Of a stretch of 64,000 bases of DNA, positions 20,154 through 29,400 are shown in pieces. A model generated the notes under the pieces. It searched no databases. It saw only the letters and a list, made by a program, of their open reading frames with translations, and was not told the DNA's origin. The translations under genes and the position numbers were made by a program. Positions within the stretch are counted from its first letter, which is position 1. Each line of letters starts with the position of its first letter. Source of the stretch: Promethearchaeota archaeon (lineage in GTDB: Archaea > Asgardarchaeota > Lokiarchaeia > Sigyniarchaeales > SOKP01); the NCBI GenBank assembly GCA_016840085.1, contig JAEOTA010000081.1, positions 32,001 to 96,000 of the forward strand, read 5' to 3'.

Positions 20154-20472
20154 CTACAGCCGAGCACTCTGACCACTGAGTTAGGGAGGGGATGTGTTTT
20201 AAAATTATATAATAATTTAATTAATTTATTTTTTATGATTTTCAATTTAGAGTAAATAATAACAAGAATTATTTTATTCTATACTTTTTTTAATACTCAT
20301 AAATAACCCTCTTTTGTTTAAGAAAACTTATTAAACAAAAAATTTTCCTATATTATTAACATAAAAATTTCCAATAAAAGATCGCAAAATACTTTTGTTG
20401 TGAAAAATTTAATTAATTAATGAATAGTTTTATAAAATTAAACTAATATTTTTTTAAGAAAGGTGATGAATA

Positions 20473-21012
20473 ATTAGAGAAGAGACTGATTATACAGAAT
20501 CTATTGAGAGTTATAAAAACGATCCAAACGTTATTCTAGAACCATGGGGTAGAAGTATAGATCATTTACGATTAACCATTATTGGTAAAAAAGGAACACC
20601 TTATGCTGATGGAAAGTTCGTTTTTGAAATCAAGTTCCCTGAGAACTACCCGTTCGCTCCGCCCTACGCTTACGCAGTTACTTTAATGTGGCACCCTAAC
20701 ATTGATTCATCTATTCCACCAGGGAAATTGAATATATGTTTAGATTTAATTAATCCAGATTTAGTAGGTAAAGTTGATGCGAGTACAGGAGCAAGCGGAT
20801 GGACACCTTCAAAAACTCTAACTAATATTATTGAAGCACTGAAGGGCATGATGCATATAGAGTTATGTGAATATCTCGCATAACGTGTAAAGCCGCCCTT
20901 CTTTAATCCTGGCGATCCCCTTAATCATGAAGCAGGTGAACAGTATTTTCGTGCTTTAAAGAAATTTGAAGCTAAAGCTAAAAGCTGGACAGCCAAATAT
21001 GCCATCGACTAG
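20473..21012 (+). CDS. Ubiquitin-conjugating enzyme E2; exons 20473-20860 and 20891-21012; 169 aa if spliced; probable ATT start
   Basis: GTPYADGKF, FPENYPFAPP, WHPNI, catalytic ICLDLI, WTPS, and after the insert NPGDPLNHEAG..Y......F...AKSWTAKYA; SD AAGGTGAT at 20460-20467. Confidence 0.92.
20861..20890 (+). other. Putative BHB mRNA intron in E2 (30 nt, in-frame TAA)
   Basis: Central helix ATAT/GTGT, bulges AG|A and AA|A, 9-bp inner stem GTTATGTGA/TCGCATAAC, outer GC/GC plus GAAGGGC/GCCCTTC; splice gives HIE-PPFFNP. Confidence 0.85.
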
Positions 21013-21026
21013 AGGAATTTAACTAT

Positions 21027-21058
21027 CTTTTATTTCCTATTTTTATTTTTTATGTTTT
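21027..21058 (+). terminator. T-rich archaeal-type terminator after E2
   Basis: Several oligo-T runs immediately after the E2 stop. Confidence 0.45.
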
Positions 21059-21210
21059 AATTTATTTGGTTTAAGAAATTCAAACTCATATTTCATAGAT
21101 TAGCTCATATCTCATAGATCACCTGTTATTATTAATAACCCAATTTCTTTAAATTGTTAATCCAAATATTTATTATAACGATTTGATTAAAGCAAATAAT
21201 TAATTAAAAA

Positions 21211-22092
21211 GTGGATTTATTGCTAAAAAAATCGACAGGGTTAAGATCTAAGGTTATAAAGATGGATAAATTTGATATCTCTTCTTTTACAGATATTTTA
21301 GCTGATAAGGCTGGAAAAATAATTCCAGAAATTTTCAAGGGTGTACAAAAAGCAAGAAGAGATTATAAAAATGAAATTAAAATACTTCCAGATGAGATTA
21401 AATATGCATCTGCAGAGTTATGGGAAGAGATTATTGGAAAAGCAATATCATTGGGAATAGATTTAATAGGATTTGCTCCTATTGATGAGAATTTAATTTT
21501 TGAGAATGATTATGTTGGTGGAATCGAAATGTTATATGAAAACGGAATTGTATTAGGTATGGAAATGAATTATGATGCAATAAATACTGCACCTAAACCC
21601 CCAGCAGGTTTAGAATCATTAAGAATTTATGCGGAATTAGGTAATGCTACGAATAAATTAGTTGATTTTATTCGTTCAAAAGGATATAAAGCAATTGCTT
21701 GTCATCCTTTAGGTGGTCCTATACTTTATCCCGCAATGGCAGTTAAAGCAAAATTAGGAAAAATAGGAAAGCAGGGTCTTTTAATCACAAAAAAGTATGG
21801 TCCCCGGCAAAGGTTATCTATTATTGCAATAAATGCTACTCCCCTTCCTGAAAATCAATGTGAAGATTTTGAAATTTCTGAGTTTTGTGAGAGATGTAGA
21901 AGATGCATTCATTTTTGCCCTGTTAATGCAATTTTTGAAGATCCTCTTGTCAAAAAAAATGGAACAATAACCCGAATCGATAGCAACAAATGTTTTGAGT
22001 ATTTTTACGAAACTACTGGTTGTTCAGTATGTATTGAAACATGTCCCTTTCATAAAATTGGTTCTGAAGTACTTTATTATAGACAGCTATAA
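21211..22092 (+). CDS. Epoxyqueuosine reductase/reductive dehalogenase-like 4Fe-4S protein
   Basis: AVKAKLGKIGKQGLLITKKYGPRQRL, FCERCRRCIHFCP, C...CSVCIETCP. Confidence 0.85.
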   Translation: MDLLLKKSTGLRSKVIKMDKFDISSFTDILADKAGKIIPEIFKGVQKARRDYKNEIKILPDEIKYASAELWEEIIGKAISLGIDLIGFAPIDENLIFENDYVGGIEMLYENGIVLGMEMNYDAINTAPKPPAGLESLRIYAELGNATNKLVDFIRSKGYKAIACHPLGGPILYPAMAVKAKLGKIGKQGLLITKKYGPRQRLSIIAINATPLPENQCEDFEISEFCERCRRCIHFCPVNAIFEDPLVKKNGTITRIDSNKCFEYFYETTGCSVCIETCPFHKIGSEVLYYRQL

Positions 22093-22126
22093 CAAATTCC
22101 CTAAATTATATTTAAATTAAGTAAAC

Positions 22127-22747
22127 ATGCGAAATATTTCTTTTAAAGATAAGAAAGTAATCATTTTTGATTTAGATGGGACTATTGTATACTTAAAAGC
22201 GGATTGGATATCTTTGAAAAGAAAACTAGTTGAAAAATATAATAAGCTTTATGATGATTATTGCAATTTTGATAGCGTGTCTGTATGTCTTAGTAAAATA
22301 GTAGAAAGAGAAGATGAAAAAGCGCTTGCAGATTTCATTAAAATTATTCGCCAGTATGAACTTGAAAATATCGAAGAAAACAAACCAATTAAAGAGTCAA
22401 TTTTTTTTATTAATAATAAAGAGTTATTTGGTATAGAAGAAAAGAGTAAATTCGTAATTTTGTCTCTTAATACAAGAAGTACTATAATCAAATCATTAAA
22501 ATTAGCGAAAATATTCAAAAAAATTGATTTTATAGTAGGAAGAGAGGATGTCCGAAAATGGAAACCAGATCCAGAAGGAATTTTTAAAATAAAAGCTCAT
22601 TATAATTTGAGAAATGAAGAAATGATTTATTTTGGGGATTTGGAAAAAGACATGATAACTGGGAAAAATGCTGGTATTGAAGCTTACTATATAGATGATT
22701 TAATTAATCTTGTTAATAAAAAGAAGTCTGGATTAAAAACTATCTAA
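22127..22747 (+). CDS. HAD-superfamily hydrolase (phosphoglycolate phosphatase-like)
   Basis: FDLDGT, KPDPEG, GD...D...GKNAG. Confidence 0.9.
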   Translation: MRNISFKDKKVIIFDLDGTIVYLKADWISLKRKLVEKYNKLYDDYCNFDSVSVCLSKIVEREDEKALADFIKIIRQYELENIEENKPIKESIFFINNKELFGIEEKSKFVILSLNTRSTIIKSLKLAKIFKKIDFIVGREDVRKWKPDPEGIFKIKAHYNLRNEEMIYFGDLEKDMITGKNAGIEAYYIDDLINLVNKKKSGLKTI

Positions 22748-22767
22748 ATTTGTTCCATAATAAGTTA

Positions 22768-23313
22768 TTAGATTTTCATAAAGGTAAAGACTTCATCCTT
22801 TTTTTCAATATATTTGAACAAACCATAATTAGTTACTTTTGTAATAATTTGATCGTCCTTTAGATGATGGTCATCAACTGATAACCATCCATTATCTTTT
22901 AAAACTCGATACAATTCTCTTAAAATATTTTCTGGATCTGATAAGTGATGAAAAATATCCAATAAAAGAACTACATCAACGGTATTATCTTCTAGTTTTG
23001 TATTACATTCAGTTAGAATTGTTTCAATATTACAAAGTCCTCTTTTTTCTGCTCTTTTTTTGACATCTTCAATAGCTAAAGGATGAATATCAGCTGCATA
23101 TACTTTTCCTGTCTTACCAACTGCCTCTGCTGCGGCAATAGTATAACTCCCTGGACCACATCCATAATCTAATACAAAATTTCCTTTTTTTATTTTAGTT
23201 TTTTCTATTTTTAGATTTGGTGGATAGTTTTTATCACGTTTTTCAAAATGTTTAATCATAAATTTAAAATGAGTTTTGCTCATGGGTTTATCTTTTTCCC
23301 TTTTTTCTGGAAT
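22768..23313 (-). CDS. Class I SAM-dependent methyltransferase; start uncertain (ATT 23313 or ATG 23283)
   Basis: VLDYGCGPG, VYAADIHP, VDVVLL, LYRVLK..G; SD GGGGTG 6 nt before ATT. Confidence 0.88.
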   Translation of the reverse strand: MPEKREKDKPMSKTHFKFMIKHFEKRDKNYPPNLKIEKTKIKKGNFVLDYGCGPGSYTIAAAEAVGKTGKVYAADIHPLAIEDVKKRAEKRGLCNIETILTECNTKLEDNTVDVVLLLDIFHHLSDPENILRELYRVLKDNGWLSVDDHHLKDDQIITKVTNYGLFKYIEKKDEVFTFMKI

Positions 23314-23363
23314 TACTAACACCCCTATTTTAAATATTAATATAAGAATAAAAAAATGGAATT

Positions 23364-24977
23364 TCACATAAAAGTGATTATAACATTATATTTTTTAATC
23401 TCTGATTCTGCTAGTGCTTTTCCCAAAGGAGTTAACATAATTATATCATTTGATTTTATTTTTACTGAAGTTAACTTAATATCAGGATCTTTTAGTGAAG
23501 GCATGTACGGATTCCAATAAATCTCTTTAGTCATTGGATTAGTAATCATCCAAAATTCTGGATCTAGTTTGTGTCCTGAAACTTCCATTGCGTTAAATAT
23601 ATAACCAATATCAGCGTCAAAAGGCACTACAATTTGTACATTTTCTTCACCTTCAATCTTTCCACATGCTAAACAATCATCTCTTTTTATGATGTTTAGA
23701 TGATCAAATTGACCGTAAATGCCATTGTAATTCACATAGGGAGGATCCATCGGAGATCCAATATTTCTGCTGTTAACTCGAAATAATAGTTTGAGTGCTT
23801 CTTGAGATTGGATACTTGCAATTACGGAACTAACTGTTTGGATTGCTGCTATTTTATTTCCGAGAATATTTTCCATTTCTTCAAATTTGTAATCTGGACC
23901 AAAAGTGTTTCTGATATTATTTTTCCATTCTTCAATCTCTGCTTCAGTTAATGTATCTCTTTTCTCTGGAGATACATTTTCATTAAATACTCGCTCTCTT
24001 AATTGTTCTAACTCCTCTTGAGCTAATTCTTTTAGTTTAAGAACGTCAACATTTAAATTAAGATCAGGTTTATGTCCATATTTTTTTTCAAAATTAACTT
24101 CAGCTTTTATAACACAATGATTTCTATTACGGGGTAACCCTTTTAACGTGCACGCTGCAACTAATTTATCGTCAGCTGGAGGAATTGGAACTAAGCATCT
24201 ATAACATGGAGTTTGATCTAAAAGTTCGGGGGCATATTTCCAATCAAAAACCATTTCAATCTCTCTTCTGAATTTTTCTTTTAATGGATTAATTTTTTCT
24301 TCATTTAACCGTTCTATTTCTTCTTCTAGGTCTTCAATTCTTTTCTGGGCTTGAAAATATTCAGGGTATTCCATTTCAGTAATTTCCCAAAGTCTTGCTT
24401 CTACTAAATTATCGATCTCTCTTTCTTTATCTTTATATTGTAAACCAGAACCCTCAGGGATTACAATTTGAACATGACCTTCAAAAGCATGTGTAGCTCC
24501 TTCGACCATAGGTTTTTTTAGTCTAAGACAGATTTTATTTAAGTCCAATCTAGCATTAAAATTATCTAATGCTCCTATAACTACATCTGCTTCTTCATAT
24601 ACAGCCATAGGTAATTTTTGAAGCTTTTCAAAATAAAAATCAACTTTTAGAAAAAGATTCATTTCTTTCAATCGTTCTGCTGCCACTTCAGCTTTAGGTC
24701 GTCCCTCATCTCCCGGTTTAAATAGCATTTGTCTAGATAAATTTGAGGTTTCAATAGTATCTAAATCCACTAAGATCAGTTTACCTATACCCATCAGAGC
24801 GAAATCTTTTGCGATTTCACAGCCCTTCACGAAAATTATTGTTTATAATATTCCTAATGCGCCTACTCCGATGATTAAAATACATCCCTTATTTATAACA
24901 TCTTGATCCCAGCCATCAATTAATTGTTGTCGGGCATACATGCGCGACTTAACAAAATCTTCTACTTTTTCAGTCAT
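23364..24977 (-). CDS. Ubiquitin-activating enzyme E1 (Uba2/Uba3-like architecture); exons 24977-24855 and 24824-23364; 527 aa if spliced
   Basis: YARQ...GW.Q..I....ILIIGVGAL|GCEIAK, DLDTIETSNLSRQMLF, KAEVAA, LDNFNAR, CYRC, catalytic ACTL...PRN..HC, CLAC, C-terminal ubiquitin-fold-like domain. Confidence 0.92.
24825..24854 (-). other. Putative BHB-like mRNA intron in E1 (30 nt, in-frame TAA)
   Basis: Central helix GCAT/GTGA (one G-A mismatch), bulges TA|G and AG|G, inner stem GAATATTAT/ATAATTTTC, outer GGC/GCT; splice restores GVGALGCE. Confidence 0.8.
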
Positions 24978-25074
24978 TTTTAATGCCTTTATTTGTGGGT
25001 ATTATAATAATATTATTTTTTCATCAGAATTTAAACTCTTTTAGTTAATTTTAGAGATAGGTTATTTTTAATTT

Positions 25075-26460
25075 CCCTTTATGAAATCAAAATTCTATTC
25101 TTTATTTTAACTATGAAATCGTAATAGAATATGGGTGTAACCCTACACCCTCTATCCCATCTGCCAATATGGCTTTTGGGACTGCTTTTTTAAGGATATT
25201 ATATGCACCATTTACATCCGCATTGATAATAATCCCTTCTTGACTGTGATATAAACCCCTACAAATACGCTTTCCTTGAAATTTTTCATGTTTTTTTATA
25301 GATTCATTATCTAAGAAACTACATCTCGAAGTGAAAGATTCTGGCTCTAATATAACATCAATCTCGATTAACTCTGATTTATATTTAATTTGGGACATAA
25401 ATTTGGAAAAAGGAATTTGGACAAAGTTTTGGTTATTACGCTTTCCAATTTTTATTTTATGTTTCCAAGATTTATTATAACCAATGACTATCGTTCCAAA
25501 ATTGTGGTTAATGCAATAATTTATCACTGCTCTCGAAATTTTATGGAAGATATCATTAATTTTATTGTTTCTTTTCCGGGTTAGCCATTGCATTCTTTTT
25601 GTTTCAGAACCGATCCCTTGCTTATCCTTTTTGCTTTTATATCTAGCAAGTTGTTTGTTGTAGAATTGATTAATAGATTTCACAACACCACCTTTAATAA
25701 CAACAGGTTGTAACCCCGCATTATTTACCATAGTTATGATATTGTTCAACCCCAAATCAATCCCAATAACTCTCTTTTTATCTAAATTCAAATTTTTTAC
25801 TTCCTTTTTATAAATAATTTCTAAGATATAATATAATCCTTTTGGAATAATTCTGACGTGGTGTAATTTACTTTTTATACGGGTTTTAACGGGAGGTAAT
25901 TGAGTTTTTTTCGGGAAATAAAGAAAAGCTCCCTTGATCATGCATTGTTGATTCGTAAAAATAATCATACACTCGCCATCTTTCTTTTTGTAACGTGGCG
26001 GTTTTGGAGATCCTAAGTAATTCTCTGGCTGCTTTTTGTGGTTTTTAAGAGATTGGAAAAATGATTTCCAATTTTTATCCACGAGTTTTAAAATTTGCTG
26101 AGCAGTTTGTGAAGGGAGCTTTTTATATGGTTCTTTCTCTTTTAGCATATACCATAAGTCGTAATATCTCAACCAATTACCTAAATAAAAAAACTCTTGT
26201 CTCACATAATAATTGGCAAGATTATAGAGATTTTTAGATAAATGACATAGATAAGATAATTGTGGAGTGTTCTTTAATTGAATCTGTTCTGTTAACCTCA
26301 TTTCCATAATATTGAAGGAGAATTTCAGATTTAAAAGAAAAGAGACTGAAGATTTATATTTGATAAAAGAATTTAAAAAAATTAAGGGAAATTAAGAATT
26401 CTCTAGAGATATAAAAAGTATATAGAAAATGATACGTATTAAGCCTATAAAAAAGTATAA
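25075..26460 (-). mobile_element. Solo-tnpB (IS1341-like) element without tnpA; boundaries approximate
   Basis: tnpB alone; 3' hairpin GGGTGTA-N4-TACACCC (25133-25150); direct repeats TATAAAAA(A)GTATA at 26410 and 26446. Confidence 0.6.
25111..26307 (-). CDS. tnpB: TnpB RNA-guided endonuclease (IS200/IS605/IS607 superfamily), rearranged RuvC type
   Basis: SKNLYNLANY, GIDLGLNN (RuvC-I), IVIGYNKSWK, EPESFTSRC, NADVNGAYNI (RuvC-III). Confidence 0.95.
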   Translation of the reverse strand: MEMRLTEQIQLKNTPQLSYLCHLSKNLYNLANYYVRQEFFYLGNWLRYYDLWYMLKEKEPYKKLPSQTAQQILKLVDKNWKSFFQSLKNHKKQPENYLGSPKPPRYKKKDGECMIIFTNQQCMIKGAFLYFPKKTQLPPVKTRIKSKLHHVRIIPKGLYYILEIIYKKEVKNLNLDKKRVIGIDLGLNNIITMVNNAGLQPVVIKGGVVKSINQFYNKQLARYKSKKDKQGIGSETKRMQWLTRKRNNKINDIFHKISRAVINYCINHNFGTIVIGYNKSWKHKIKIGKRNNQNFVQIPFSKFMSQIKYKSELIEIDVILEPESFTSRCSFLDNESIKKHEKFQGKRICRGLYHSQEGIIINADVNGAYNILKKAVPKAILADGIEGVGLHPYSITIS

Positions 26461-26485
26461 TTATTAAAATTAAAAAAGCAATATT

Positions 26486-29400
26486 TTAAGTTTTTTTACT
26501 TTTATCAGCTTTTTTAATCATTTTTTTAAGATTATCAATTTCTTCCCTTTCTTTAGCTTGTTTTAATCTTTTTTGTTCTTTCTTCTTTTCCATTTCCTTT
26601 TTCTCAATCTCATCTATAAGTTCTTGTTTAATTTTAATCAAATCACTCATTTTCTTACTGAATTCTTTTGCTTCATCTTTGATTTGTTCTTTTTGCTTTT
26701 TTTCTTTTAATTTTGCTTTACTCCGTCCCTCTTCAATCATTTTCATAACTTTATCTGTATCAATACTAACTTCACTAATTGCTTGTTTCATTTCGGCATC
26801 TTTAGATTCTCTTCTACTTTTTTCTAAGGACCTTTGTTTTTCTAATTGCTTTTGAATTTCATTAATTCGTGATTCCTCGGCTTTAACTCTTTCTTCCAAA
26901 ATCTTAGCATTTTTTATTTCGGTTTCAATATATTTTATCTCTTCTTTCCATCCAATTTCTTTAAATTTAGAAATAGCTGTATTGAACTTTTCATAAGCAT
27001 TTTCAAAATCATGATACGCTGCTAATCTCTTTCCATCATCAATATATTTTAATCCTTCATCTCTAATTTGATCAAAATGTTTCTTTTTAACAAATAATTC
27101 TCTATATTGTTTTTCTTGTCCACGCTTCAGTTGTTCTTGTTCCAATCTTTTCCTTCTTACCTCTTCTTGAAACTTTTCATATTCTATTTGTCTTTGTATT
27201 CGAGCCTCTTCCTCTAACTTCTTCTTTTTAATATAATTAACTTGTTCTTGTTGTAAATCTTTGATTAATGCATTTAAATTATTTATTTCTGGTTCCCATC
27301 CTATATTTTCAGCTAAAATATTTCTTGCTTGGACATATAAAGAAATTGCATTATTAAAATCTGGATTAAGTTGTTTCAAGTATTTTCCGGCTTCGTCGAG
27401 CAAAGAATAAGCAGATTCCCTGACAGTCATTTGTTCTTGAATCATTCTTTCCCTTTGTTTTTGAGCTAATAATTGTGCTCTTTTCTTTTCTTCTTCTTGC
27501 CTTTTTCTTTCATCTATAAGAATTTTTAATGCTTTTTCTTCTTCTAATTTCTCAAATTCTTTCTGAAATTTTAATTCTTCTTGTTCTACTTCTTGCTTCT
27601 TTAATTTATTAACCTTAAGAATCATATTATTAATAGAATCTGTTGGAAACTGTAATTCATTCAAGATTAATCCTGCTTTTCTATATCTTTCAATAGCGTT
27701 TTCATAATTCGATGCTTTTAGAAATTTCTCTGCATCATCAAGGATTTTAAATGCAGATTCTTTCCTCTTCTCAAGTCTAGCTTTCAATTCTTCTTTCTCC
27801 TGGATCTCGATTTGCTTATTCTGTAATCTTTCTCTTTCGTTTTTAAAAAAAGTAGATATTTGTTCTTCAAACTCCCACACCTCTCTTTCTCTCTGTATAC
27901 TGAGTTCTAAATCCTTTTGTCTTTGTAATTGATGGTCTTTTTTCTTCTCTCGGACTTTTTGAATTGTTTCTCTAATTGCTTCTGTTGGGAATGAAATTTC
28001 GTTTAAAATTAATTCTGCTGTATGATAATATTCAAGTGCTTTATTATATCGCGCTTGATTCATATATATCTCTGCTTCATCTAGTATACTAAAAGCCTCA
28101 TCTTTTCTCTTTTCCATATAAGCACGATGCTTTTTTTGTTTTTCAAGTTCATTCTGCTGACTCTTCATTCTCAATTCATTAATTTTTATGCTTTCAGCTA
28201 TTTTTTGTTGAAAATCAAATTGTTCACGCTCTTTCTGAAGTTTAGATTCTAACTCCATTTGCTTTGTAGTTATTTCTTCCCTACTTTTCATTTGAACCTT
28301 ATAAATCATATCTCTAATCAAATTTGTTGGAAATCCTATTTCACTTAAAATTAATTCTGCTTTATGATACATTTCAGTTGCTTTATCATATTCAGCTTGC
28401 TTTAACAACTTTTCAGCAAGATCCATAATCTCAAAGGCTTCTATTTTACGTGATTCCATTTTCTGTAATAAATTTTCGCGTTCTTGTATTTTTAATTCTT
28501 TTAATTCTAATCTTTTCTTTTCTCTTAACATACTTTCAGAGATCTTTGATTGAAATTGTTGTTGTTCTTGTTGTTGGTTAATCTTCAATTCTTGTTCTAT
28601 TTCTTTTTGTTTTTCTAAATCTCTCTTTCTCTTTTCAATTGTATTTATCGTATTAGTTAATAACTTCAGATATTCACGGGTCCAACCTATTTCAGTTAAT
28701 ATATGAATCGCATGTTGATAACTTACTAATGCATTATCAAAATCTTTGTGTTTAACTGATTCATACCCATTATTAATTAAATTAAAAGCTTCTTGTTGCT
28801 TGACTAAATTTTGAGCACTTATGAGTTTTTGACTTTTTAAATTTTCTTCTTCTTCTATTGCCATTGCTCTTTCTTTCTTTCTGTATAATTTTATTTGTTC
28901 CATAAACTCATAATTCGCTTTTTCCTTATCTATTGATTCTTGTAGTAATTTTGCCTTTTGTATATCATCTTCTCTCTTTTTTTTCATGATATTCTGAATT
29001 GCATTTTCAAGAATGGGTATTTCATCGTCCCATTGAATTTGGGCAAAATTGTTTGCAACATCTCGATATATATCAATTGACTCTTCAAATCTTCCTTTCG
29101 AGAGTAAATCTTGAGCTTTATCCAATAATTTAAAACCCTCTTCTCTTTTTTTCTCTCTATATACTAATTCTTCTTCTTTTTTTCTTAATTTTATCTCTCT
29201 TTGTCTTAATTTTTCACGTTGAGTTTTCATTTCTTCTGATATAAGTTCATGAAATAATTTTTCTTCCTTTTCTCGCTCAAGACTTGCTTTTAATTCCATC
29301 TGTTTTTTAACTTCCATCTTATATTTTTTATTCTCAACCTCATTAATAGATCTTTGAATTAAATCAATTTCATCATGCCATTGAATCTCTGTAAAAATAT

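Larger units (their letters stand above)
20031..20190 (-). tRNA. trnY: tRNA-Tyr(GTA) with two introns (37/38 and 59/60) and encoded CCA
   Basis: Acceptor CCCTCCC/GGGAGGG (C1:G72, A73, CCA); D arm ACTC/GAGT; anticodon stem CTCGG/CCGAG with GTA at 20157-20155; T stem CCCGG/CCGGG; removing 55 + 29 nt leaves 76 nt. Confidence 0.95.

Noticed and set aside
20704-20735. Weak hairpin in E2 (DSSIPPGKLN region) as a second intron
   Set aside because: No stop or frameshift and no 3-nt bulge/4-bp helix geometry; likely a coding loop.
20861-20890. Stop-codon readthrough or Sec/Pyl recoding as the explanation for the E2 and E1 breaks
   Set aside because: Both stops are TAA, not TGA/TAG, and readthrough would leave 10 extra residues, in E1 inside the ATP-binding loop; precise BHB excision explains both better.
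24825-24854. E1/E2 inserts as transposon footprints from the neighbouring TnpB element
   Set aside because: The inserts do not resemble each other or the element ends and have no target duplication beyond 2 nt; IS200/IS605-type excision is normally scarless.
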